The notes beneath the pieces are model-generated. The model saw nothing but the letters and a program-made list of their open reading frames with translations. It was not told the DNA's origin and did not search any database. A DNA stretch of 64,000 nucleotides from Candidatus Spongiisocius sp. (GTDB lineage Bacteria > Actinomycetota > Acidimicrobiia > Spongiisociales > Spongiisociaceae): positions 1,600,882 through 1,664,881 of the forward strand of contig OZ241858.1 in the NCBI GenBank assembly GCA_965203035.1. Reading direction: 5' to 3'. Shown here piece after piece: positions 47,347 through 56,960 of this stretch. The position numbers were made by a program, and so were the translations under genes. Each line of letters begins with the position of its first letter. The first letter of the stretch is position 1.

Positions 47347-47922
47347 TCAGCCGCACAGTTGCCACCCGAAGAATTCGGTCATCACCGCCGATGCCTCCCG
47401 CACCCCGTCTCTTGCGCCGGCGATCAGGTCCGTGTTGCCCGAGCGCCACCCTTGCGCCCCCCTCTCGAAGCTGGTGGCATAGAGTCGGGTGCCCTCCCGG
47501 ATCGAGAGCAGCAGGTCCACGACCTCCCGTGGGGGCACTCCCATCAGATCGAGTTCTTCGACGAGTTCCGCGAGCTGCCGACCGGCTTCCGACAGCCGCT
47601 CGGCTACGTCGGCCGGATCGACGGCGTCCGGCGCGGAATGGAGGAGGTCCGCGGCCTCCTCGACGATGGGTTGAAGCCGGTTGAAGACGAACCGGTCGAG
47701 CCTGATCGTGAAGCTGTCACATTCCCGGGTGGCATCGCCTGCCTGCATGCCGGCGGTGGCCTGCGCGCTCGCCGGTCGGGTAGTAACCGTCGTGGTGGAC
47801 GGATGAGTTGTCTCCGGGGCCGCAGTGGATGCGTTGGTAGTTGTCGATGGAGCCGGGGCGTAGCAGGCGGTTCCCGATAACGCGAACACGAGAGCCAGAG
47901 CGGTTGGGGCCCTGATGTTCAC
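47347..47922 (-). CDS. secreted hypothetical lipoprotein
   Basis: Signal/lipobox 'ALVFALSGTAC', then a Thr/Ala-rich linker. Confidence 0.45.
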   Translation of the reverse strand: MNIRAPTALALVFALSGTACYAPAPSTTTNASTAAPETTHPSTTTVTTRPASAQATAGMQAGDATRECDSFTIRLDRFVFNRLQPIVEEAADLLHSAPDAVDPADVAERLSEAGRQLAELVEELDLMGVPPREVVDLLLSIREGTRLYATSFERGAQGWRSGNTDLIAGARDGVREASAVMTEFFGWQLCG

Positions 47923-48017
47923 GTATCACCCGGCTTGATGGCGGATAGCGGATCGTATTCCGGTCCCGGCGGGAACGGACGGCCCCTGGCTTCGTGGGGG
48001 CCTCCTGCCCCTGATTC

Positions 48018-49400
48018 CTACTGAGGCTGCGCTTCCCGTTCCAGCTCCAGGAAGGTCGCGCCGACCGCTTCGGCCATGAAATCTGCTTGACGGATGGTCA
48101 GGCATAGGGGAGGGGTGATCCTCATTACGTGGCCGGTGCTGGAGATCACGACACCCCTGCGGAGGAGTCCGCGCAGGGCCGAGCGGATGAAGTCGCCGGA
48201 CACGGGGGTACGGGCGGCCCGGTCGGTGACCATCTCGATACCGATGGCAAGGCCCAGTCCTCGCACGTCGGCCACGTTGCGACGGGACGAGAGGCGCGCT
48301 GCGAGTGCCTTCATGAGGTGGTCGCCGACGCGGGCGGCATTGTCCACCAGTCCCTCGTCGAGGAGGGCGGTGAGGGCTGCCGTCCCGGCCGCACAGGCCA
48401 GCGGGTTCCCGCCGAAGGTGCTGCTGTTGTGGGTAGGTTGCGCGCCGGGGCCGGCGTTCATGACCGGGCGGGAGCCCGCCACGATTCCGAGCGGGAAGCC
48501 GCCACCGATTCCCTTACCGAGCAAGAGGATGTCCGGCACCACCCCGCCATGCTCGTATGCCCAGAGACGGCCGGTGCGACCGCCTCCGGTGAGGATCTCG
48601 TCGAAGATGAGCAGGGCGCCGGTCCGGTCGCAGAAGGACCGGAGCAGTTCGAGGAACCGGGTGGGGAGGGGGATCATGCCGCCGGCTCCCTGCATCGGCT
48701 CGATGATGACCGCGGCCGGAGGTGCCGACAGCACCTGAGAAGCGACCCGTTCCAGATGCCTGCCGCACGCCTCGATTCGATCCACACCGGGCTGGTGTGG
48801 GGACTCCATCGGATCGGGAGCCACCGCGTGCAAGACGCCGGGCAGGAACGGGCCGAGGCCCTCGCGTCCCGCTCCTGAGGTAAGGGAGAGCGCCCCGAGG
48901 GTCCGGCCGTGGTAGCCGTTGTGGAAGGCAATCACCTCGTGCCGGCCGGTGGCGGAGCGGACGGTCCGGAGTGCTGCCTCCACGGCCTCGCTGCCGGAAT
49001 TGGCGAGGTGGAAGGCGTCGAAGTGCGGTGGCAGGGTACTTTTGAGGAGTTCGACGAACCGGACCCGGATATCGGTGGCGAAGTCGTAGAAGTGGGTCAG
49101 CAGGCGGGCTTGCTCGCCCAAAGCCGCCGCCACCGCGGGATGTCCGTGGCCCAGGTTCATCACCACGGTGCCCGCGCAGGCATCGAGCAGCCAGTTGCCG
49201 TCAGCGTCGCGGATCATGGCGCCGCGCCCTTCGACCAATGCCAGTTCCGACCACAGCGATCCGGCGGAGTTGCCGGCCGCCAGCAGGCTCTGATCCTGCG
49301 CGAAGACGGCTCTGGATACGGGACCGGGTACTTCGGTTAGGAGAATGGGAAGCTCGGGGCTGACCGGCAGGTCGCTTGTCTGGTTCATCGTGTCACCCAT
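48018..49400 (-). CDS. class-III PLP-dependent aminotransferase
   Basis: 'FDEILTGGGRTGRLWAYEH...LLLGKGIGGG' PLP-lysine region. Confidence 0.8.
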   Translation of the reverse strand: MGDTMNQTSDLPVSPELPILLTEVPGPVSRAVFAQDQSLLAAGNSAGSLWSELALVEGRGAMIRDADGNWLLDACAGTVVMNLGHGHPAVAAALGEQARLLTHFYDFATDIRVRFVELLKSTLPPHFDAFHLANSGSEAVEAALRTVRSATGRHEVIAFHNGYHGRTLGALSLTSGAGREGLGPFLPGVLHAVAPDPMESPHQPGVDRIEACGRHLERVASQVLSAPPAAVIIEPMQGAGGMIPLPTRFLELLRSFCDRTGALLIFDEILTGGGRTGRLWAYEHGGVVPDILLLGKGIGGGFPLGIVAGSRPVMNAGPGAQPTHNSSTFGGNPLACAAGTAALTALLDEGLVDNAARVGDHLMKALAARLSSRRNVADVRGLGLAIGIEMVTDRAARTPVSGDFIRSALRGLLRRGVVISSTGHVMRITPPLCLTIRQADFMAEAVGATFLELEREAQPQ

Positions 49401-49554
49401 GTCTGGCCTTTTCGGTCATGCATGCTCGAACCTCCTCCCTTACGGGCCGGATCCGACCGAGTCAACCAGAAGCATGCCGCAATAACGTGGATGGGGTTGG
49501 CCTGTCACGCCTCGCCCGGGGTTCGGCTGCCCGTTGTCGGGCCGGCGGAACACT

Positions 49555-51141
49555 TCAGCACGCTCCTAGATCATCGATGCCGACCGTAGCCTCTATGAGG
49601 CTGGGCTCGCCGGATCCGAGATGTTTCCTCAGGGCGGCCTCGAGTTCGTCGGGCGTGTCCGCCCGGGAGGCGGCCATGCCGAAGGCTCCGGCCGATGCCA
49701 CGAAGTCGGGTTGCTCCAGATCGATACCGAACCGGCGTCCTTCGCAGAGGATGTCCTGCGCCTCGGCGATGATGCCATAGGCGCGGTTGTTGTAGACCAG
49801 CAGGCACACGGGCAATTCGTGCTCGACGGCTGTGGCCATCTCTCCGAGTGTGAACAGTGCCCCGCCGTCTCCCATCACCGCCAGCACGGTGTCATCGGGC
49901 GCGGCGGCCTGCACGCCGAGGGCGGCGGCGTAGGCCCACCCGAGAGTCTGGAAGTTCCATGTCGTCATGAGCCGTCGCTCCGGTCCCAGCGATACGGCGC
50001 CCGGGATCCATCGCATCGCCATGGTCACGTCACCGCAGATGGTGGCTCCGGCGGCGGGGAGCACGCGGTCGATCGGATCGGTCCAGGGATGGGAGACGGT
50101 TGCCGGTTCGAGGTCCGGCCGCCGGCCGCCTGACTTCGGACGGGTGTGGCCCATCACCTCTGTGAGCGACGCGAGGAAGGATCCGACGTCGGCTTCGATG
50201 GCGAGATCCGGCTCGTAATAAGCCCCCAGACTGGCCGGGTCGATATCGACATGGACCAGCTTGCCGTCGATCCTGAGGGTCCACCCGGCAGTGGAGGCCC
50301 ACCCGAAGCTCGTTCCCAACGCCACCACCAGGTCTGCCTGTTCCACCACTGCCCGGCCGGCGGGGTTATCGAGCACGCCCACCCAACCGCTCTGTCGCGT
50401 GACCGCCGCGCGGCCCGGAACAGTGGTGACCACCGCCAGATCGGCGGCGTTCAGGAACCTAGCGAGTTCCTTCTCGGCCCGGCCTCGCACTATCCCGGCG
50501 CCTGCGAGCACGATCGGGCTGGTCGCACCGCCCAGCAGCCTCGCCACTTCCTCGAGCTCCGCCGTGGTAGCCACGCGGGGTGCCGGGTTGGATCGATTTC
50601 CGCTGCTCCTCCGGGGCGCCTCCGATGCCTCGAGGGCAGCCCGGCTGATGAGGACGACACCGGGCTTGGGCCGCCCCGCCCGGCAGGCCGCCAACACCTC
50701 CGTGACTGCCGGAGCGACCGATCGGGGGTCGTCGGCCCGGACGACTTCGGCTCCTGTGGCTTCCGCCAGCGCGGCCTGGTCGAAGGCCTCGTGGGGTAGC
50801 CCTACCGGATGGGAACGGCGCTGGCAAGGGTTGTGGTCGCTGGCGATCACCACGACCGGCGACGAGTCTGCGTAGGCGGTCTGGAGCCCGGTGACCGCGT
50901 TACCCAGCCCAGGACCACCCGTGACTATCACCACTCCCGGTTCCCCCGACCGTCGGGCGTACCCGTCGGCCATGAAGGCGGCGGCCTGCTCGTTGCGGGC
51001 CACGATGGACCGGACACGGCCCTTCCGGGCGATGGCGTCGTAGATCTCGACCGTGTAGCTGGCTGGAATACCGAATACGGTGGTGATCCCGGCGTCGCGC
51101 AGCGCCGAGAGCACCGCGTCGCCGCCGTTCGGAACGGCCAT
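49555..51141 (-). CDS. thiamine-pyrophosphate enzyme (acetolactate synthase / sulfoacetaldehyde acetyltransferase family)
   Basis: N-terminal TPP pyrimidine-binding fold 'GIPASYTVEIYDA', central and C-terminal TPP domains. Start at internal Met; its ATG overlaps the upstream PTE stop. Confidence 0.75.
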   Translation of the reverse strand: MAVPNGGDAVLSALRDAGITTVFGIPASYTVEIYDAIARKGRVRSIVARNEQAAAFMADGYARRSGEPGVVIVTGGPGLGNAVTGLQTAYADSSPVVVIASDHNPCQRRSHPVGLPHEAFDQAALAEATGAEVVRADDPRSVAPAVTEVLAACRAGRPKPGVVLISRAALEASEAPRRSSGNRSNPAPRVATTAELEEVARLLGGATSPIVLAGAGIVRGRAEKELARFLNAADLAVVTTVPGRAAVTRQSGWVGVLDNPAGRAVVEQADLVVALGTSFGWASTAGWTLRIDGKLVHVDIDPASLGAYYEPDLAIEADVGSFLASLTEVMGHTRPKSGGRRPDLEPATVSHPWTDPIDRVLPAAGATICGDVTMAMRWIPGAVSLGPERRLMTTWNFQTLGWAYAAALGVQAAAPDDTVLAVMGDGGALFTLGEMATAVEHELPVCLLVYNNRAYGIIAEAQDILCEGRRFGIDLEQPDFVASAGAFGMAASRADTPDELEAALRKHLGSGEPSLIEATVGIDDLGAC

Positions 51142-52148
51142 CAGGCCATCGTCAGAAGGTCGGCCGGGTTGGTGATCATGCACCGATCGAGGACCTCGAC
51201 GGGGACGCCCTCCTCTTCGGCCAGCGTGCGGAACCCGGTAATCAGATGGGCGAGACCCGGACCGCCGTTGACGGTCAGGTGCCGTTTCCGGCACAGGTCG
51301 CTCGCCAGGATGACCCGGTCGGTCATCCCCTCGTCCGCCAGCTGTCGCAGCGCCCGGGCGCGGGCGCGGTCGGTGGCCAGCTGGACGCCGAGCGTCTCCG
51401 TGTAGTACTCGTACCCGATGGTGTCGAGCTGGGCGTAGGCGCCCCGCCCGATGATCCCGTGGATCAGGGCCAGGTCGGGTTCGGTGTCGTCGAGGTGCCC
51501 GATGGCGATCCGTTCCGGAGGCAATCCCATCGAGGTGAGAACGTCGATCTGGTCCAGGGCGTTGCGACCCAGGTACGTGTGGGTGGACACGGCCACTCCG
51601 GTCTCCACGGCCGCAATGGCCGAAGCTCTGAACACGGCCGTCTCTCGTTCGGTCATCGGTCCCGTGTAGGTCCCCTGTTCGCCGATGATCCCCGCCCGGA
51701 TGCCCGTACCGTCCACACCGTGCGTGATTTCCCGGACCATTATCCCGGCGATTTCCTCCTCGGTCAGGCCGGTTATGCGGTCGGGATGGAACGGCTCGTG
51801 GTAGATGCCCGTCCCCAGAACGATGTGTACCCCGGTCTCTTCGGCCGCGCCTACCAGGGAGGTCGGGTCACGCCCCATTCCCATCGGGGTCAGGTCGACC
51901 AGACACGTTCCGCCCGCCTCGGCGTAGGCATGAAGCTCGGGCAGGGTGTCGGCTATGGACAATGTGTGATCACCGTATCGCTCGGCGGTCTCGCTCCATG
52001 CCTCGTGACCCTGCTCCTCTGCGCCGAGCGCCAGATGCGCGTGGGCATTGGTCAGTCCCCAGGCGGAGGCAGGCACGTCTCCCAGCACCGTGCGGATCCG
52101 ACCCCTCACGCTCGGCCCGCCGCCCGGCGGCTCCGGTCCGGCGACCAC
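51141..52148 (-). CDS. phosphotriesterase-family protein, paralog C
   Basis: 'TNAHAHLAL' HxH motif and 'GIIGEQGTYTGPMTERE'. Paralog of 52192..53157. Confidence 0.8.
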   Translation of the reverse strand: MVAGPEPPGGGPSVRGRIRTVLGDVPASAWGLTNAHAHLALGAEEQGHEAWSETAERYGDHTLSIADTLPELHAYAEAGGTCLVDLTPMGMGRDPTSLVGAAEETGVHIVLGTGIYHEPFHPDRITGLTEEEIAGIMVREITHGVDGTGIRAGIIGEQGTYTGPMTERETAVFRASAIAAVETGVAVSTHTYLGRNALDQIDVLTSMGLPPERIAIGHLDDTEPDLALIHGIIGRGAYAQLDTIGYEYYTETLGVQLATDRARARALRQLADEGMTDRVILASDLCRKRHLTVNGGPGLAHLITGFRTLAEEEGVPVEVLDRCMITNPADLLTMA

Positions 52149-52191
52149 GCGCTTCCGGGAGGATCGGGCCGTCGGGTCAGGGATGGCAACC

Positions 52192-53157
52192 TCACCGCAT
52201 GGTCAGAACGGTCGCCGGGTTGGTGATCATGCATTGGTCGAGCACCTCCGTGGGAACTCCCTCTCCCACAGCCGTCCTGCGGAACCCGTCGGCGAGCACT
52301 ACCAGTCCGGGTCCGCCCCTGGCCTGAAGGTGGCGTTGCATGCCGAAGTCGCTGGCGAGGATCACCCGCTCGGCCAGTCCTTCCTCCGCCAGACGCAGCA
52401 GTTTGCGGGCCCGGACCACGTCGGTGGTCATCTGTATCTTGAGCCGTTCGGTGAAGTACTCGTACCCGATGTCGTCGAATTGGGCCCACGCGCCCCGACT
52501 GATGATCTCGCGGATCAGTTGCAGGTCCGGCTCCCCGTCGTCCAGGTGACCGATGACGATGCGGTCCGGCGGCAAGCCTTGCGAGACGAGCACGTCGATC
52601 TGGTCGAGGGCGTTGAGGCCCAGGTGGGTGTGGGTCGTGACCGCCATCCCGGTTTCCATGGCTGCCATCGCCGAGGCTCTGAACACGACTTTCTCCCGTT
52701 CGGTCATCGGCCCGGTGAAGGTGCCCTGCTCGCCGATGATCCCGGCCCGGATGCCGGTACCGTCGACTCCCACGGTGATGTCCCGGATTAGGATCTCTGC
52801 GATCTCCGTGTCGCGCAGGCCGTCCATCGATTCGGGATGATGGGTCTCGTGGTAGATACCGGTGCCCATCACGATGTGCATGCCGGTCTGCTCGGACGCC
52901 CGCACCAGGGCTGCAGGGTCGCGGCCCATAGCCGCGGGGGTCAGGTCCACTACGCAGAAACCTCCGGCGAGGGCGAAGTCCTCGACCTCCGGCAGGCTGT
53001 CCTCGATGGTCATGATGAGTTCCGACGCGTCCGTCGTGTCGAAAGGCGGCTTGGAGGTGTCCGCACCTCCGACCAGATGGGCGTGGGCGTTGGTGATCCC
53101 CCAGGGTGCGGAGGGAACGTCGCCCAGAACGGTTCGTATCAGGCCCGGTTCGCTCAC
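52192..53157 (-). CDS. phosphotriesterase-family protein, paralog B
   Basis: 'TNAHAHLVGG' and 'GIIGEQGTFTGPMTEREK'. Roughly 65% identical to paralog C by eye. Confidence 0.8.
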   Translation of the reverse strand: MSEPGLIRTVLGDVPSAPWGITNAHAHLVGGADTSKPPFDTTDASELIMTIEDSLPEVEDFALAGGFCVVDLTPAAMGRDPAALVRASEQTGMHIVMGTGIYHETHHPESMDGLRDTEIAEILIRDITVGVDGTGIRAGIIGEQGTFTGPMTEREKVVFRASAMAAMETGMAVTTHTHLGLNALDQIDVLVSQGLPPDRIVIGHLDDGEPDLQLIREIISRGAWAQFDDIGYEYFTERLKIQMTTDVVRARKLLRLAEEGLAERVILASDFGMQRHLQARGGPGLVVLADGFRRTAVGEGVPTEVLDQCMITNPATVLTMR

Positions 53158-53206
53158 TTCGATACCTTCCTCGCTCGATCCGTGCGGGTTGGGCGGGTGT
53201 TGGAAG

Positions 53207-54886
53207 TCAGGTGGGACGGCCCCTCTCGGTGCCGGCGGCCAGTATGTCGTTCACATCCCAGTGGCCCGATCCGATGATGCGCGGATACGGCGTCACCGGC
53301 AGCTCCAGCACCCAGGTGCCGCGCTCCTCGAGCGCCCTCTCGAGCATGCCGGGAAACTCGTCGGGGTCCGTTACCCGCTCGGCCCGGGCGCCGAAGGACC
53401 TAGCGAGGGCCACATAGTCGAGGTCGTACGGTACCCCCTCAGAGTCCTTGAAGTAGGTACCGGCGTCACGTCCGTAGTGCTTGGTCTGGTACAGAGCGAT
53501 GGAGGCGTAGCCGGTGTTGTTGGCGATCAGCCATACCACGTCGATCTTGGCCGCCACCGCGGTGGGCAGGGCTGCCAGGCAGGCCATCACCGCCCCGTCA
53601 CCCACCAGGGCGACGACAGGCACGTCACGGCGGGCCAGCCGCACCCCGATCGGTGCGGCCACCTCCTGGCCCATCGTCCCGAAGCCGCTGGCGACGATCT
53701 GGGTTCCTTCCTCGAGGAAGGGGTAGTGCTGCCCGATGGCGTGGCGGATACCCACCCCGGTGACCAGGATCGTCTCCGGCGGCAGCAACCCGCGCAGCAG
53801 GGTTCCCAGGTAGGCCGGCTCGTAGGGGAAGCTCGGCGTGGTTCGAACCTCGTGGAGGTCGTCCGCCCAGGACTGCTTGGCGCGGGCCAGTTCCGCGTGC
53901 CAGCCGTCCCAGCGGCCTCCTCCGTTCAAGCGACCTTCCAGCGCCGCGGACAGGTCCTCCAGGGAGCGGCGGGCATCGCCCACGAGAGCGACATCGGTGG
54001 GGTAGATCTTGCCGATCTGGTTCGGGTCGATGTCGATGTGGATCAGCCGGCTCGGGGGGATGGGTGTGAAGTAGTCCGGCCTCCAGTTGTTGCAGTCCAT
54101 CTCCGGGAAACGGGTACCGACCGCCAGCAACAGGTCGGCTCTCCTCGCGGCTTCGTTGCCCGGCCTGGTACCGACCACGCCGGTATAGCCGACTGACAGC
54201 GGATGATCTTCGGCGATGGCGCCCTGGCCGCTCATCGTGGTGGCGACCGGTAACCCGAACCGGTCGGCCAGGTGGGTCAGTGCAGCGGAGGAGCGCGAGA
54301 GGATGGTGCCCCCACCCGCGAAGACAAGCGGGCGTTCGGATCCGGCGATCAGGTCGGCGGCCCGCTCGATCTCGGAATGGTCGGGACCGCTACGTCCGGG
54401 GCGGGTGGGTCGGAGGGATGCCACCGATGGCGCCACCCACTCCGAGAAGAAGTCGAGCGGGACCTGCAGCACGACCGGACCGGGGCATCCGGTAAGGGCA
54501 TAACGGACTGCCCGATGGAACTGGTTGGCGAGTTCCGCAGCTCCCGTGGCGAGGATGATCCGCTTGGTAAGGGGTCTGGCGATGTCGAGCTGCGCGTTGT
54601 CTATCGAGTAGGAGAGTTCCTGGAGGGGTTCCTTCCCCACGTAGGCGCTCGGCATCCCACCGGCGATCACCACCATGGCCGAGGAGTCGAGCATGGCATC
54701 GCCCAGCCCGGTCATCAGGTTGGTGAAACCCGGTCCCACCGTCGTGGTGACGACCGAGATCCTCCCGCTCGCCCGGAAGTACGCGTCGGCGGCATGGGCG
54801 GCCACCTGCTCGTGGTAGACCGACACGTAGTCGATCGTGTCGCTGTCCTGCAGGGCGTCGACGAAAGCCAGGTTGCCGTGTCCCAC
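53207..54886 (-). CDS. thiamine-pyrophosphate enzyme, second copy
   Basis: Three-domain TPP-enzyme architecture. Paralog of 49555..51141. Confidence 0.75.
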   Translation of the reverse strand: MGHGNLAFVDALQDSDTIDYVSVYHEQVAAHAADAYFRASGRISVVTTTVGPGFTNLMTGLGDAMLDSSAMVVIAGGMPSAYVGKEPLQELSYSIDNAQLDIARPLTKRIILATGAAELANQFHRAVRYALTGCPGPVVLQVPLDFFSEWVAPSVASLRPTRPGRSGPDHSEIERAADLIAGSERPLVFAGGGTILSRSSAALTHLADRFGLPVATTMSGQGAIAEDHPLSVGYTGVVGTRPGNEAARRADLLLAVGTRFPEMDCNNWRPDYFTPIPPSRLIHIDIDPNQIGKIYPTDVALVGDARRSLEDLSAALEGRLNGGGRWDGWHAELARAKQSWADDLHEVRTTPSFPYEPAYLGTLLRGLLPPETILVTGVGIRHAIGQHYPFLEEGTQIVASGFGTMGQEVAAPIGVRLARRDVPVVALVGDGAVMACLAALPTAVAAKIDVVWLIANNTGYASIALYQTKHYGRDAGTYFKDSEGVPYDLDYVALARSFGARAERVTDPDEFPGMLERALEERGTWVLELPVTPYPRIIGSGHWDVNDILAAGTERGRPT

Positions 54887-55080
54887 CAGACCGAAGACGG
54901 TGTCGATCCCTTCCTGCTCCAGACTGCGGACGAGGGAAGCTGCTCCGGTGATGTCGGTGGGATTGCCCGTGGGGTACTCCTGTCGGTGCAGCGATTGTAG
55001 ACCGGTCCGGGTGAGACTCCTGGGCCGGACACCGAGCGGTTAAGCCCACCCGGCAATCTCTGTCCACGAAGAACCGGGTC

Positions 55081-55995
55081 CTACACGGCCAGCACGCGCG
55101 CCGGGTTGGTGTGGGTCATCGCGTGGATGGCTTCATCGCTGACGCCTTCGGCCCTCAGCATCGGCAGGAACGTCTCGATCAGGTACTGGTAGCCGTGCCC
55201 GCCGTTGGTTTTCAGGCGGGGCCTCGCCGGCATGTCCTGGGCGATGACGAGCCGGTCCTGGTGGCCCTGGAGGACCAGTTCGGCGAGAAACTCGGCGCGG
55301 CGCTTGTCCGAGTTGATCCACTCAATGCCGATCAGGTCGAACTCCAGGTAGGCGCCGGTGGCGGCCACACGCTCCAGTTCGGGCATCTCCAGCGTCCCGT
55401 CGAGGTGGCCGAAGACCACCCGATCGACCTCCACGCCCTCTTCCTGGAAGATCTCGAGGAACTCCAGCGCCATGTACATGGTGGTGTGGGTGGTGAGCGC
55501 CAGCCCGGTCGCCACCTGGGCGCGGGCCGCGGCGCGCAGGACTCTCTCCTCGACCCCCTGGACCCAGGCCTTGTCGAGACCGATCTCGCCGATGATGCCC
55601 GGCTTGACACCCGTATCCCCGACCCCGTTCTCGATCTCGTCGATCATGTAGTCGGCCAGCCTCTGGGTGGTCCATTTGTTCACGAATTCCGGGTAGTAGG
55701 GCTCGCGGTAGAAGCCGGTGCCCATCACGATATGGACATCCGCCGCCTCCGATACCCGGCGGAGCTTCTCCGGATCCCTGCCTATGTGTTCCAGGGTCGG
55801 ATCCACCAGCGTGCCCCCGCCGGCTTCCCCGTACAGGCGCACTTCCTCCGTCATCTGCACCTCGTCGGTGATCGGGATGGCGAGCCAGCGGTGTCTCGGC
55901 CACGACAGATCGGCGAAGACATGGTCGTGCATCTGGGTATGGCCGAGTTCGTCGGGCGATACCGGCCCGCGTACCGTCATCACCTGCCCGGACAC
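55081..55995 (-). CDS. phosphotriesterase-family protein, paralog A
   Basis: 'GHTQMHDHVF' motif. Close paralog of 46342..47265. Confidence 0.8.
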   Translation of the reverse strand: MSGQVMTVRGPVSPDELGHTQMHDHVFADLSWPRHRWLAIPITDEVQMTEEVRLYGEAGGGTLVDPTLEHIGRDPEKLRRVSEAADVHIVMGTGFYREPYYPEFVNKWTTQRLADYMIDEIENGVGDTGVKPGIIGEIGLDKAWVQGVEERVLRAAARAQVATGLALTTHTTMYMALEFLEIFQEEGVEVDRVVFGHLDGTLEMPELERVAATGAYLEFDLIGIEWINSDKRRAEFLAELVLQGHQDRLVIAQDMPARPRLKTNGGHGYQYLIETFLPMLRAEGVSDEAIHAMTHTNPARVLAV

Positions 55996-56024
55996 TCGCT
56001 ACCTTCCGTCAACTCTCTTCGCCG

Positions 56025-56903
56025 CTATCCGGAACGGGCCGCGGCGATAGCTTCCCTCGCGAAGGTGACCCCGCGCCCGAACACCTCTTCGGCATGCTCC
56101 TCGCGGGCGTGATCCTCGAACGCCGCGTACTTGGCTATTCCGTCCTGCTCCATCTCCATCAGCAGTCCCCGGTAGTTGATCCCGTCGTCTCCCACGGCGA
56201 TCGGGATGAACGTGCCCGTATGTGCGTCGGACAGGGTCTCGTACTGATCCTCGGGGCCGTACAGGCTCTCCGTGTAGCGGGCCATGCCCTTGAGATGGGC
56301 GTAGGCGATGTAGTCGCGCAGTATCCGGTACCCGTAGGGCCATGGCTCGATGCCGGCCGCGTAGACGTTGCCTGCATCGAAGTTGACCCTGACATGAGGT
56401 GTATCGAGGGCATCGAGAAAACGAGCCGTTAGCTCCGGCTCCCGCACGACATCGGTCCGCTCCGGATCCTCGTTGCGAAGGTCGAAGTGGTTCTCCAGCA
56501 GCATGGTGATGCCCCTGTCGGCGGCGAGGTCGTGGCAGGGCTCCATGCGTCGCCTGTAACGCTCCACGATCTCGTCGAAGCTCCATGCGGGATTGTGCCC
56601 CGGATAGGTGATGACGAACTCAGCCCCCACGTCGCCGGCCAGGCTGATGACGTCGCAGAGCGCCCGCTGCGTCGCGGCGACGTCATCATTGATCATCACC
56701 CGCCACTTGGCGGTTGCGTTGACACAAACGATACGTACGCCGTATCCGTCCAGGGTTTCGGCCGCGGTGTCGAACCCGTCGTTCTGCGGGTAGTAGACCA
56801 ACTCGATGGCGTCGACACCGAGCCGGCGGCATCGCTCGCCGAGTTGTTCGTAGGTCGGATGCCAACGATTCCAGGACGAGTCCGCGCATATCGCCAATTC
56901 CAT
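56025..56903 (-). CDS. sugar-phosphate isomerase/epimerase (xylose-isomerase-like TIM barrel)
   Basis: Start 'MELAICADSSWNRW' with GGGAGGG upstream. The 566-aa track ORF N-terminus is a GC artefact. Confidence 0.7.
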   Translation of the reverse strand: MELAICADSSWNRWHPTYEQLGERCRRLGVDAIELVYYPQNDGFDTAAETLDGYGVRIVCVNATAKWRVMINDDVAATQRALCDVISLAGDVGAEFVITYPGHNPAWSFDEIVERYRRRMEPCHDLAADRGITMLLENHFDLRNEDPERTDVVREPELTARFLDALDTPHVRVNFDAGNVYAAGIEPWPYGYRILRDYIAYAHLKGMARYTESLYGPEDQYETLSDAHTGTFIPIAVGDDGINYRGLLMEMEQDGIAKYAAFEDHAREEHAEEVFGRGVTFAREAIAAARSG

Positions 56904-56960
56904 GGTTTCGCCCTCCCTCGCAGCCAGCCTGTCGCCCACGCAGGTTAGATTCCCGAGCAC

